Positions 46,946 to 56,646 of a DNA stretch of 64,000 bases are shown piece after piece (within the stretch, counting starts at the first letter, position 1; every line of letters starts with the position of its first letter). The DNA is taken from IMG/VR virus record IMGVR_UViG_3300020185_001680, positions 1,727 to 65,726 of that record. One strand, 5' to 3'. The position numbers were made by a program, and so were the translations under genes. The notes below the pieces were generated by a model. That model was not told the DNA's origin. It did no database searches and was given only the letters and a program-made list of their open reading frames with translations. Source of the stretch: a virus. Taxonomy: Duplodnaviria > Caudoviricetes.

Positions 46946-48054
46946 TATTCAACTCCTTCCTGTGTTGGATCATCTACTAAAGTTTCGTCATCAACTAAAT
47001 CAGAAATATCTTCATCTTGTACAGTTTCAGGAATCTGATTCCATTCATCCATAACAACTTGAAGACGTTCTTCTGTCCATTGCTTTCTAAACTCTTTAAT
47101 CTCTTCGCCTGTAACAGGTGAGACATAAGAAAGTTTATTTCCTACTTTAGTTACGATTCCTTTTTGTTCAAGTAATTCTAAAATACCTGAATAAGGATTC
47201 ATTCCTGATTCGTATGGAATTTTAATCTGTACACTTTCAAACGGTTTGCTGTAACGAGTTTTCACTACTTTACATGCCGCTCTAATACCTTGCACAGTAC
47301 TAACTTTGTTTCCATCTTCATCTTCTTTCAGTTTCAACTTCTTCATTGCAACAACAATACTTGAAGCATACACAAAACCTTGTCCTCCACTGATTTTATC
47401 ATCAGGGTCAAACATATCTTGCGATGCGTATGTATGGTTAGTAGCAACGAGTCCAATTGGATGTGGTGCTAGTTGGTTAACTGTATTTCTAACTAAGGCT
47501 GTTAGTGCCTTTGGCTTTCTACCCATATCGCCTTTCATATCACCTTTTTCAAATTGTGCTACGTCAGTCGGTGTAAGTAACATACCTAGACTGTCTACAA
47601 CAAATAGTAGTTTAGGCTGTTCCTCGTATGGTAAATCACCGTAGTTACTTTTATAGTCTTTTACAAAGTCACTGATAGTTTTAGCAACATCATCAATCAT
47701 GCTAACACTAATCTTGAGAAGTTTCTCAGGAGTTGTGTCTACATCTAATGCTTGTAGCCAATCCTCATCAAGTGCATTTTCACTATCAAATAGTACTACT
47801 TGACAACCTTGCTCTTGTGCGTTCTTTACTAAGTTACCAGAACAGATAAAACTTTTACCCGAACCAGACTCTCCAGCAAACACACTTACTTTACCCAAAG
47901 GAACTCCCTTTTGGAAGTCCCCACTAATTAGGTAGTTAAGTGTATAGTTACCAGTAGAGATCCAGTCTTGCGGATCATGAAATCCAGCACTAATGCCAGA
48001 AATACTTTTCGTGATGCCTGTTCTAAACTTTGTTAAGTCAAATGGTTTCTGCAT
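46945..48054 (-). CDS. uvsX: RecA-like recombinase UvsX
   Basis: STGNYTLN, GESGSGKS, DSENA, VVDSLG, TNHTY, SGGQG, KTRYSKPF. Confidence 0.93.
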   Translation of the reverse strand: MQKPFDLTKFRTGITKSISGISAGFHDPQDWISTGNYTLNYLISGDFQKGVPLGKVSVFAGESGSGKSFICSGNLVKNAQEQGCQVVLFDSENALDEDWLQALDVDTTPEKLLKISVSMIDDVAKTISDFVKDYKSNYGDLPYEEQPKLLFVVDSLGMLLTPTDVAQFEKGDMKGDMGRKPKALTALVRNTVNQLAPHPIGLVATNHTYASQDMFDPDDKISGGQGFVYASSIVVAMKKLKLKEDEDGNKVSTVQGIRAACKVVKTRYSKPFESVQIKIPYESGMNPYSGILELLEQKGIVTKVGNKLSYVSPVTGEEIKEFRKQWTEERLQVVMDEWNQIPETVQDEDISDLVDDETLVDDPTQEGVE

Positions 48055-48064
48055 GTTAGTCTCC

Positions 48065-49078
48065 TTATGTACGGTTTCTAATCATGTTCAGAATATCATC
48101 TGCACTCGGTTTTGCTTCGCCTTCTGCCACTGGAGCCGCAGGTGCCTCTGGAGCCGGAGCCGCAGGTGCCACTTCTGCTACTGGTTCTACTGGAGCCGCA
48201 ACTGGAGCCGCAGGTGCTACTGCTGGTGCAGGTGCAACTGGCGCCGCCTGTGCTGGTGCTGTTGTAGATTGTGTTGCAGTTGCAGGAACATCTACGCCAT
48301 ATGGCTTGTAGAAGTTACCCCATCTTTCGACATCATACAATTCACCGTCAACTGACGCTTGAAACATTTCGCTAATTGCGTTAATTTCATCTGCACCAGG
48401 ACGCTTCGGTAAGAAGTCTGCAAGGTTATGAAGACCATGTGTATCAATAGCCGCAAGTTCATTTTCATCTAATGCTCTTTCTTTACGAGCCCATTTAGAT
48501 GTACTGTAGTCTGCGTATTGACCTTTGGTTGTTTTAGTTACTCTAAAATCTGTACCATTCATATAGTCAGTAGGCATATTTTCCATATCTGGGTCCATAA
48601 GTGCTGACTTAATAATGTTAAAGATTTGAGGTGAAATGACGAAACGTCTGATTGGATTCTCAGGCGTGTTTGCTTCGGTCATTGGGTTTTCAGTTACATA
48701 TCCTTGGAAGATATATGAACGCTTTTTCCAATACTTTCTGCCCATGTCTTCTAGACTTGGGTCTTTAAACCAAGGACGTACCTCAGTTAATACTGGACAA
48801 GTGTCTCCATACATTTCTGCACAAGGTACTTGTACTGTTACAGGCTTCATGTCTCCGCCTTTAATACCTGGGAAAGTCAAACGAATCATTTGTCTTTCTT
48901 GCCAAAAGAACGTATTGTCAACGTCTGCGTCAGGTAAGAACCTGAGAGTTGCCGATGTCCCTTCGTCGATATTCCAGTGTGGATAAATGGCGTTGTCGCC
49001 GCCTGATTGTTGCTTTGATCCGGAACCTTTCGATTCCATTGCTTGTAGTTTTGCTCTAATTTCTGCTAAAGATGCCAT
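48065..49078 (-). CDS. Single-stranded DNA-binding protein (T4 gp32-like)
   Basis: LRFLPD, C...CPV, YWKKRSY, GTDFRVTKTTKGQYADYSTSKW, Ala/Pro linker, C-terminal ADDILNMIRNR. Confidence 0.88.
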   Translation of the reverse strand: MASLAEIRAKLQAMESKGSGSKQQSGGDNAIYPHWNIDEGTSATLRFLPDADVDNTFFWQERQMIRLTFPGIKGGDMKPVTVQVPCAEMYGDTCPVLTEVRPWFKDPSLEDMGRKYWKKRSYIFQGYVTENPMTEANTPENPIRRFVISPQIFNIIKSALMDPDMENMPTDYMNGTDFRVTKTTKGQYADYSTSKWARKERALDENELAAIDTHGLHNLADFLPKRPGADEINAISEMFQASVDGELYDVERWGNFYKPYGVDVPATATQSTTAPAQAAPVAPAPAVAPAAPVAAPVEPVAEVAPAAPAPEAPAAPVAEGEAKPSADDILNMIRNRT

Positions 49079-49143
49079 AATAATTTTCTCCTTATATGTG
49101 CCATGTTCGTTAATACGTCTGGGTTTTTGTACTAACTGTGGTT

Positions 49144-49180
49144 ATTTTATATTCTTTAAGCCATGTTGTCAACCTTTTTA
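49144..49180 (-). promoter_or_regulatory. Sigma70-type promoter upstream of SSB/uvsX
   Basis: TAAAAAGG-TTGACA-17-TAAAAT; same upstream element as the 43931-44056 promoters. Confidence 0.75.
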
Positions 49181-49216
49181 TACTATTGCTGACAAATAGT
49201 TTTCTTTCCTGTAATA

Positions 49217-50485
49217 CTATTTATTAAAAATTTCGAAACTCTCTATAAATTTCTCGTATTTTTTGCTTTCGCTTAATGCTAAATCTTCTGCCATTGCTAC
49301 TTGCTGTGGTTGTTGTGCTGAAAGTAAAGAAGCCTTAACTGCTCTATATTCCATTGCATCTAAACTACCACCTGATGATAATTTGTTACCAATCCCACCT
49401 AAGTAATTAGCAAGTCTGCTGTCTTTAGCAACACTGCTTAATTGACTAACTTGGTAGCCTAACTTTGCATGTGGATCTGAGAACTCAATTGGATCTTCCG
49501 CAATAACTTCTTTTGCTCCGGTGAAATCTGCACCTTCAATTGCTTTCATTATGTAACTTTCAAATGCTGTTTTTTTATTTACTAACTTAGATAGTGTTTC
49601 GTGTGCATTACCTACTTTGTTATCAAAGTGTGTTTCAGTAAAGTGGTCTTCTAAGTTTACTTCATTGACCATTTCAATGTTATCAAATTCTGCTAAACTC
49701 TCAACTGTTTTACTGTATGACTTAGGACCTGCTATTTTTTTGAATGTATTCTTAATACCTTCAATATGTTCTCTAGCAACACTAACATACTCTTGATTTG
49801 ATTCATTAACTAGTCCTTGCTTGGATACATAGTTAACAAATTCTTTTAATGTTTTTAAATCACTGCACATACTTACAATGCTTTCGCCAACTGAGTCGTG
49901 CATTGTGCCGCCATTGTAAATGTGTCTTGCCATTGCTCTTGCGCCTTGCAAGTTTTTACTAGGAAATAAGAAACGTTCCTCATTTGCTTGAATGAATATC
50001 TTACTAATATTCCTACTTCTAGCACCACGTGATTCTTCGTTTACAGCCTTAGTATGTTTTACAACTAATTTAACTGTATCCAAAGGTTGGTAACTTGTTT
50101 TTGATGATCCGTATGATGAACCTAAACTTGCTTCTTGTACACTTTCCATATCTGTCTCTTTTGTAATATTAATTTTTTCGCTGGCTGGTTTTAATGTTTT
50201 ACCAAACAGTCTATAATCCATTGTCATTAAGTGTTTTCTTGCAATGCTACCTAACTGTGATCTTAGTGTGTCTGTTTCGTCGGAATTTTCAGATGCACTA
50301 AAACGTATTTCTTCACTTGCTACATTCAATGTTACAAGTAAGTTCGGATTCTCTACAAAGAACCTGATTGCTTCTGCAGGGTCGCCTACTACTTCACCGT
50401 CTTTATCGAAAGTATCTATTTCGTAGCCGTGGCCTTTAAGTAAATTAAAGACTCTGTCTGCAACTGTTTTTACACTTATTGCCAT
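49217..50485 (-). CDS. Hypothetical protein (probable head-associated)
   Basis: 422 aa following the terminase region; AGGAG RBS; late box 50505-50512. Confidence 0.7.
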   Translation of the reverse strand: MAISVKTVADRVFNLLKGHGYEIDTFDKDGEVVGDPAEAIRFFVENPNLLVTLNVASEEIRFSASENSDETDTLRSQLGSIARKHLMTMDYRLFGKTLKPASEKINITKETDMESVQEASLGSSYGSSKTSYQPLDTVKLVVKHTKAVNEESRGARSRNISKIFIQANEERFLFPSKNLQGARAMARHIYNGGTMHDSVGESIVSMCSDLKTLKEFVNYVSKQGLVNESNQEYVSVAREHIEGIKNTFKKIAGPKSYSKTVESLAEFDNIEMVNEVNLEDHFTETHFDNKVGNAHETLSKLVNKKTAFESYIMKAIEGADFTGAKEVIAEDPIEFSDPHAKLGYQVSQLSSVAKDSRLANYLGGIGNKLSSGGSLDAMEYRAVKASLLSAQQPQQVAMAEDLALSESKKYEKFIESFEIFNK

Positions 50486-50497
50486 ATTATTTATCTC

Positions 50498-51259
50498 CTA
50501 CTTGTATTTATCTTTTAAAGCACTTATGTAGTCTATATCTGTTTGATAGAAATTTTGCAACACTTGTAACGTACCAGGATTCATACGGTCTTTTCTAAGT
50601 TTTTTATTCTTAGTAACATTTGATGTTTGTATAGGATATTGGATATCAATATCCAATGCTTTATTAACGTAATTTGCTTCATTTAATCTATCATAGTCTA
50701 GATACTTTATATTATACTTTTCCCAACTAGGTGCCCAAACACTGTATTGACCTAGTCCAAAAAGATTTTTTAAGCCGGGTCTAGTTATGCTTTCTTCGTA
50801 TTTTGTTTTACTTGCATCTATCATTTGTTGCATAGACTCGGGCTTTTGACTATGGCTAATTAGTCCATACATATTTAAAAAATTTACACTGGAAATTAAT
50901 ATGTCAATAGGGTCTTTAAGAATACAAATAAACGTTACGTCAAATCTATCTGTAAAAGATTTTACATTTTCAGGATACTGTAGTGCTTCTTTATAGCACA
51001 ATGTAAAATCAAGTATAGGAGTTTTACTATCTTCTATAGCATTAAAATATTCTTCTTTACTGTATGTAGGTACAGTATGAGGATCGTTATCTGGATGAGC
51101 TTGTATTTTTGGACGATTAAGTTCGACTGTTGACCAAAGATTAATTTCTTTTATATCATTGAATGAACTAAATTTACTATCTAAAACAAGATTGTTGTAT
51201 AACCAAGTTGTGCCTGTTTTAGGGGGCCCGAAGCAACAAACAACATCCGAGTTTATCAT
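50498..51259 (-). CDS. Sulfotransferase-family protein
   Basis: PAPS-binding loop GPPKTGTTWLY, KEINLW, ILKDPIDILISS. Confidence 0.75.
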   Translation of the reverse strand: MINSDVVCCFGPPKTGTTWLYNNLVLDSKFSSFNDIKEINLWSTVELNRPKIQAHPDNDPHTVPTYSKEEYFNAIEDSKTPILDFTLCYKEALQYPENVKSFTDRFDVTFICILKDPIDILISSVNFLNMYGLISHSQKPESMQQMIDASKTKYEESITRPGLKNLFGLGQYSVWAPSWEKYNIKYLDYDRLNEANYVNKALDIDIQYPIQTSNVTKNKKLRKDRMNPGTLQVLQNFYQTDIDYISALKDKYK

Positions 51260-52866
51260 AACAAGCCAATTGGCATAGGCTCATCGTATTCATCAAAAGG
51301 CCCCGAACTGTCATCGTCATCGAATGAACTTTCGTCTGCACCTTTTATATTTTGGTTTACAACATCATATACTGAATCTTCAAACGATGCAATATAATTA
51401 ATCATGCGTACAGCAATAAGCATACTCATAACCAAATCATCAGTGTCGCCTGGTTGTGCGGCAAAACTATTACCTCTTGCAACAAACACTTTAAGTTCTC
51501 GTAAAAATGCTTTACTGTAAGTTTTTAATTTACCTTGTTCTATGTAACGTTTAAGCGATATGCAACCGTCCATTTTTGTTTTAGCACTAGTATGGAAACC
51601 TTTACGTCCACGTTTACCTTGTTGCTTAACAGGATCGTGTAGCATTTGCCCTGGGAAGTTTTCTTCACCTGTGTCTCTAATAACCACAAGTGCCGCTTCA
51701 CCAATAGTATTGTTCTCTACTGTCCAGTAAATATCACTAGGTTCGTATGTTTCAATCTCTTGAAGTATTTGTCGCAAAGTTCTAACTTGGTCTTCAACCG
51801 GTGTTTTGTTATGACACCATTCAGCAACTTGTTTCATTGCGGGTAGTTCTAGTACTTGTATTGCGGCATTATCCCCGCCTGTTCCTGCACTAGGATCTAG
51901 TGTTACAACATACATAGCATCTTTCTTGGGCCTAGAATACCAACGGACTTGGCCTGTTCTGTACAGGGTATCTGTGTGCTTCATATTAGCCAAGCAAAGC
52001 GAGTCAATAAGTGTTTCGTTATAAATGATAAATTCGCATTCATGCTCACGCCTAAAACGTTCTTCACCGATTCTGCTTTGTTCCGCTTCTGCCCACGCAG
52101 GGTCTCTGTCTGGATGTTGGTCCCATGTAGCCATGTAACCTTTGAAACCATTGATACCTAAGTCTAATTCGTTACCGTATTCATCTACAGTCTTTTGTGA
52201 TTGATGCCAAATACTAGCAAATGTATCTTCGTCACTGTTGGGTGTGCTTGTAACAATACACTTACCGCCTGTACTTAGTGTGGGAGATAGTGCTGTCCAA
52301 AACTCCGCGGCAATGCGTGGGGGTACGAACGCAAACTCATCTAAGTATACTAGTGTTAAGGACATACCACGTCCAGTAGTTTCAGTAGTTGTACTTGCTA
52401 CAATTCTACTGCCATTATCAAAAGTAATACTCATTTTATTGTATTCACTTACACCCGCTCTAATGTGGTCTGGTACACTTTCATATGCATAACGTATACG
52501 TTGCATAATCTCCATTGCACCTGCCGCCTTGTGAGCCGCAACTAATATTGTACTGTCAGGCTTAAACATAGCATACCACAGCAAGTATCCTGCCGCTACA
52601 GTAGTTTTACCCATCTGTCTGCCCAGCATATTAATACTGTATCTATACTTGTTATAGTTGTTGATTAGGTCATCTTGATATGAGAACGGATCAAATGAAA
52701 TACCGCCTTTAGTTGGATGCTGTATCTTTACATAGTTTTTCATAAAGAAAGCAGGCCCGGTATCATCATCACAACATTCCTGAAATTCTTTCAGCATTGT
52801 TGCGTCATAACTAACTTTATCGTATGCGCCTTTTACAAGCTCTGTACCTACTGTTCCTTTTGGCAT
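51256..52866 (-). CDS. Terminase large subunit (T4 gp17-like)
   Basis: GRQMGKTT, GRGMS, YLDEFAF, TSTPN, LDPSAG, VENN, DDLVMS. Confidence 0.95.
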   Translation of the reverse strand: MPKGTVGTELVKGAYDKVSYDATMLKEFQECCDDDTGPAFFMKNYVKIQHPTKGGISFDPFSYQDDLINNYNKYRYSINMLGRQMGKTTVAAGYLLWYAMFKPDSTILVAAHKAAGAMEIMQRIRYAYESVPDHIRAGVSEYNKMSITFDNGSRIVASTTTETTGRGMSLTLVYLDEFAFVPPRIAAEFWTALSPTLSTGGKCIVTSTPNSDEDTFASIWHQSQKTVDEYGNELDLGINGFKGYMATWDQHPDRDPAWAEAEQSRIGEERFRREHECEFIIYNETLIDSLCLANMKHTDTLYRTGQVRWYSRPKKDAMYVVTLDPSAGTGGDNAAIQVLELPAMKQVAEWCHNKTPVEDQVRTLRQILQEIETYEPSDIYWTVENNTIGEAALVVIRDTGEENFPGQMLHDPVKQQGKRGRKGFHTSAKTKMDGCISLKRYIEQGKLKTYSKAFLRELKVFVARGNSFAAQPGDTDDLVMSMLIAVRMINYIASFEDSVYDVVNQNIKGADESSFDDDDSSGPFDEYDEPMPIGLL

Positions 52867-52902
52867 ACAGTTATTTATGTAGATTTATGTGGGGGATTGT
52901 TG

Positions 52903-53340
52903 TTATTTAGAACCGTTCATGAGATATGCTTTAAGTTTATCTCTAATGATGTTGGTTAAAACTTGCTTATCTGGTGTACCGCTGTTGTATGGATTTGTAG
53001 GTTCCTCTTGACTATGATCATGCCCAGGACAGTCACATTCTGATCCAGGCTTGCCACAATCATCACATACTTCTTCTGCTTCTGGTTCTTCGGCATGGTC
53101 ATGTTCAATTGGATCTGCGTAATGCATCTGAGTCGCCGCTGGTCCACCACCTGGTAATGTAATACCGACTTTTTGTAATAACATTTTAAGTTCATCAACT
53201 GAATCAGCACTTGCATCAACAGACACCGAGCCTGTTTGTGTACTAAATTCTTTTTTGTAACTGTGACTTTCAGAAGTGTCTGCAGAAGCACATGAGTCAC
53301 ATGCTTCTAATAACTTCTTATTAAAGTCTATATCGTTCAC
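52903..53340 (-). CDS. Hypothetical protein, His/Cys/acidic-rich
   Basis: MNDIDFNKKLLE leader; CDDCGKPGSECDCPGHDH. Confidence 0.65.
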   Translation of the reverse strand: MNDIDFNKKLLEACDSCASADTSESHSYKKEFSTQTGSVSVDASADSVDELKMLLQKVGITLPGGGPAATQMHYADPIEHDHAEEPEAEEVCDDCGKPGSECDCPGHDHSQEEPTNPYNSGTPDKQVLTNIIRDKLKAYLMNGSK

Positions 53341-54041
53341 GAGCTTCTTGAGCCTCTCATTTGGTCGATAGTGTGTACATGCTTACTAGACTCTGCACCT
53401 TTACCCATGTTTGGAGTGTTTTGCATTGTAGCCATTGTGTCTGCATGTTTTTCGCCCATTAGTTCATCTTTAGTTGGGTAGTTTCTAAAATAGTCTGCAC
53501 CCTTTTCTGCTTTGATTTTTTCTAACTCTGCTAGGAATTTCGTATTGTATGCTTCACCGAACAATGCTTCACTGAAATCGACATCAACGTTTTCATTTTC
53601 ATAATGTGCTTGTTCTTCTTTAGTTAACTCTGCTTCTTCATGGTCAACAAGTCTTCCGTCATCTAATGCTTTTTGCTCTGCGGCAATATCTGCCTGTAAC
53701 TTTCTAGGCTCTTTAACACCATAACATAATACACGTTCATGGTCTACACCTAGGTTTACTGCAACGTATACTTCTAATACTCTGTCGTTGACTGGGTATT
53801 TTAATATAACGTCTGAGCTACATACTTCGCTTGTAAAGTTTGCACCTTTTAATCTTGAAAACTCCATTGGGTTCTCTTGAATAGGCGCTCTCTTCCAAGG
53901 AGTAGCACTTATAATATTGTACTTTGCCAATATTGATTCTAATTTTGCTAAATCTTCGTTAGAACAATCTCTGGCTACTTTAATTTTGTAACCGTACTCT
54001 TTGTCTAAAGATTCAGAAATGATGTCTTTTAGTTCTTTCAT
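53337..54041 (-). CDS. Hypothetical protein with putative leader
   Basis: MKELKDIISE-S; AGGAG RBS; late box 54064-54071. Confidence 0.75.
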   Translation of the reverse strand: MKELKDIISESLDKEYGYKIKVARDCSNEDLAKLESILAKYNIISATPWKRAPIQENPMEFSRLKGANFTSEVCSSDVILKYPVNDRVLEVYVAVNLGVDHERVLCYGVKEPRKLQADIAAEQKALDDGRLVDHEEAELTKEEQAHYENENVDVDFSEALFGEAYNTKFLAELEKIKAEKGADYFRNYPTKDELMGEKHADTMATMQNTPNMGKGAESSKHVHTIDQMRGSRSS

Positions 54042-54063
54042 AGTCTAAAACTCCTGTTACACT

Positions 54064-54078
54064 TATTTATCATAAATA
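54064..54078. promoter_or_regulatory. Palindromic back-to-back late promoter boxes
   Basis: TATTTAT-C-ATAAATA between divergent genes 53337-54041 and 54087-54722. Confidence 0.75.
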
Positions 54079-54086
54079 CTAAAAGT

Positions 54087-54722
54087 ATGCAGTTTAAACT
54101 AAGCCAAAACAAATTTAACACCCGAAGAACGTGGGGAACAGCTATTGAGAACATGGTTTGCCCACATGCAGATGCTTTAGATAGATTCGACCAAAGTGGT
54201 TACGACTTATGTCTATTAGAACAAGAGTATGCAAAAGCAAACATGGGATCATATGATTACATGCGATATAAAGCATGTATTAAACAAGAGTGGTATATAA
54301 ATGACCATGCACATAAAGGTGTACACATTAATCATTCTGACTTGTACGAACGTAAAGGCTACCATGGCTATGCATTAGAACAATTAGGGCATTGGGCGCC
54401 GGGCAATAATCTACTATGGAAAATGATTAAACTAAAACCCAAGTGGGGTATAGACATGAGCATAGACTATGTAGATGACAGAGGTACTGTAATGGAACTT
54501 TTTCATTACGAATGGGACGATACTGAATTAGACACAGTGCTAGAAAAGAAAGAAATCATAGAATTAGTTATAGAAAATAATGACTGGGAAAATGTTGCAA
54601 GTACTAAACTGTTAAGAAAGGATGAATGGCAACATTTAGATTTTACAGGTCAAAGTGAGTGGACTACAAAGTTTTTGGGATTACCTAAAGAACGATTTAA
54701 ACTAGTTCCTTGGAAAATATAA
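54087..54722 (+). CDS. Hypothetical protein
   Basis: 211-aa plus-strand ORF filling a gap with no minus-strand gene; FDQSGYDLC, KPKWGIDMSIDY. Confidence 0.8.
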   Translation: MQFKLSQNKFNTRRTWGTAIENMVCPHADALDRFDQSGYDLCLLEQEYAKANMGSYDYMRYKACIKQEWYINDHAHKGVHINHSDLYERKGYHGYALEQLGHWAPGNNLLWKMIKLKPKWGIDMSIDYVDDRGTVMELFHYEWDDTELDTVLEKKEIIELVIENNDWENVASTKLLRKDEWQHLDFTGQSEWTTKFLGLPKERFKLVPWKI

Positions 54723-54750
54723 CGGGTCCTCCATGGTCCCTATGATATTA

Positions 54751-55119
54751 CTAACAGCCTCCGCCAAATGTTAAACCGTCTGGTACACATTCCGCTTCTT
54801 CGACTTCTTCCTCTTCTTCAACAAAACATGCTTCATAACTGAAACCTTGGGGTGGTGCAACACCGGCCCATGCCCAGCATTGTTCATCACCAGTTACTGG
54901 CTCAGGAACATAGTCACGTTTACTCCACTCTTTTGCATTGAAAAAACGAACAGCATTTTTCATACTGCCAGTGGCAGTGTATACATTATCTTTGTTGCTA
55001 ATGTAAATGCTTTCTTTGTTTTTGAGAGTGTAGGTTGATCCATCTTCGTAGTTTATTACTGTTTGGGCAGACACCGAAGTGGACAAAAGTATCATACCCA
55101 ACATTGTTGCTATTTTCAT
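54751..55119 (-). CDS. Small secreted/periplasmic protein
   Basis: Signal peptide MKIATMLGMILLSTSVSA-Q; AAGGAG RBS; TATAAATA upstream (~55168-55175); four C-terminal Cys. Confidence 0.7.
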   Translation of the reverse strand: MKIATMLGMILLSTSVSAQTVINYEDGSTYTLKNKESIYISNKDNVYTATGSMKNAVRFFNAKEWSKRDYVPEPVTGDEQCWAWAGVAPPQGFSYEACFVEEEEEVEEAECVPDGLTFGGGC

Positions 55120-55196
55120 AACTTCTCCTTGTTGGTCAGTACATGATACAACTGTATACTGAAATTATATTTATATATAATTAAAAAAAGGAAAGG

Positions 55197-55685
55197 TTAA
55201 TCTTTGTTGTTAATAATTTTTAACAACTCGTTTCTATCAAACGTTTGCTCTTTACTTGAATCCCCATTAGAATAACTACCAGCATTGCTATCTAATCTTG
55301 CTTTCTTAATCATCATATCAATTTGCTTTAACTTAGAATTTATTTTACTGTCTTTAGCATCTAAGGCAGTTTTTAACATTTTCGACGCACTATCAAAAAT
55401 ACCACCTGCATCTCTATCACTAACATTCATTCCTAAATTCATTAACTGCTGATAACTATCAACTGCCTGGGTGGCAATACTGTCCATATCGATATTATGA
55501 TCTTCTAGTCCTTCGACATTTCTTAAAGCATAGTCTATCTTTTCTGCATTACTAAGTGCTTTTTCAACTTCTGCTATTTCAACAACTGCTGTTTTAGGCG
55601 CCTCAGTGAACTTCTCTACTTCGTCGGATGCCAATGCTTCTTCCATAGATGGTAAATTAAATTCTTCTTCTAGTTTCTTGGTCAT
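55197..55685 (-). CDS. Helical hypothetical protein, possible terminase small subunit
   Basis: 162 aa, coiled-coil, DRNELLK C-terminal motif reminiscent of gp16; late box 5 nt upstream of ATG. Assignment tentative. Confidence 0.45.
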   Translation of the reverse strand: MTKKLEEEFNLPSMEEALASDEVEKFTEAPKTAVVEIAEVEKALSNAEKIDYALRNVEGLEDHNIDMDSIATQAVDSYQQLMNLGMNVSDRDAGGIFDSASKMLKTALDAKDSKINSKLKQIDMMIKKARLDSNAGSYSNGDSSKEQTFDRNELLKIINNKD

Positions 55686-55741
55686 GCTAGTATTTACCTA
55701 TTGTAATGTCTATACCTAAAAAATTCGATAATGTTTTGCGA

Positions 55742-56203
55742 CTACCTCATTTTGCGTCTTGGTTTGGTAGTTCTCTTAGGCTTATTAAATATCTGATCTT
55801 CAGTGATAACTTTAAAATGTATACCTTTGCTTTTAGCCCAGGCACTTGCGGCTTCCCATTTAACAGCATTAACTTGTGTTGCCATCTTATCACCTCTGCC
55901 TCTTGCTTCTTCTATAACTGTTTGACTTTTAGGCTTTACTTCTATAAGCTCTACTCTTGTTTTACCGTTCTTATCTTCATATTGAACCATAAAGTCGGGT
56001 ACATAGTTAGTTATTTTTCCTGTAAAAGGATGCATATAAGGTATCTTAACGTTTTCACTAGCCCACTTAATTATGTTTGGATGGCTATCACAGAACCTCA
56101 TAAACGCCGTTTCCCAACTGCTACGAGCAAAGGGTGCCTTTGCTCCTATATACTTACTAGGATTTTCTACAATGTATTTTCCTTGGGAATATTTGGACGC
56201 CAT
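55742..56203 (-). CDS. Head completion nuclease (T4 gp4-like, TnsA-N fold)
   Basis: QGKY..NPSKY, RSSWE, WASE..KIPY, YVPDF, IEVKP, VNAVKWEAA, F.VITE. Confidence 0.9.
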   Translation of the reverse strand: MASKYSQGKYIVENPSKYIGAKAPFARSSWETAFMRFCDSHPNIIKWASENVKIPYMHPFTGKITNYVPDFMVQYEDKNGKTRVELIEVKPKSQTVIEEARGRGDKMATQVNAVKWEAASAWAKSKGIHFKVITEDQIFNKPKRTTKPRRKMR

Positions 56204-56211
56204 ATCGGTCT

Positions 56212-56646
56212 CTATGGTCTGATTACGTTAGCAATTCTACTGAATTTATTTTGTTTCTCAACTGTTAAACCAATAAGATTGCCTTTTGGTCTAATTGTGT
56301 TTAATGCTTTATAAGTATTTTCTGCTAGTTTGATACTGTCTTCGTTTAACTCGAAATAAGATATAGGATGTACACCTTGTTGATCTGCAATTTTAATTAA
56401 TGCTTGGGCAAGAGTTGCCGCTGTAGGTTTATTAAATCCTATGTCAGTGAGACGCCCTTCGACCATTTGTAATTTAGTTGCGTCCATTCCTGCTGTGTTC
56501 TGACCTTCTAGCATTGTGGTTAAAATATCTACACTCGCTTCAGGTAGAGGAAAAGCAATTGTGCTGTTCTTTAAGAACTGTACTAATTTGTCTCGTCTTT
56601 TTTCGTAACTGATTTCGTTACCAAATGTTTCATACATGCTGAGCAT
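56212..56646 (-). CDS. Hypothetical protein
   Basis: 144 aa in the tail operon. Confidence 0.7.
   Translation of the reverse strand: MLSMYETFGNEISYEKRRDKLVQFLKNSTIAFPLPEASVDILTTMLEGQNTAGMDATKLQMVEGRLTDIGFNKPTAATLAQALIKIADQQGVHPISYFELNEDSIKLAENTYKALNTIRPKGNLIGLTVEKQNKFSRIANVIRP

Noticed and set aside
48120-48265. GC-rich repeats TGGAGCCGCAGGTGC
   Set aside because: They encode the Ala/Pro linker of the SSB; not an array or mobile element.
49099-49168. Repeated GCCATGTT in the SSB upstream region as a gp32-type autoregulatory element
   Set aside because: Only an 8-nt repeat, one copy lies inside the promoter spacer, and no convincing pseudoknot could be drawn by eye.
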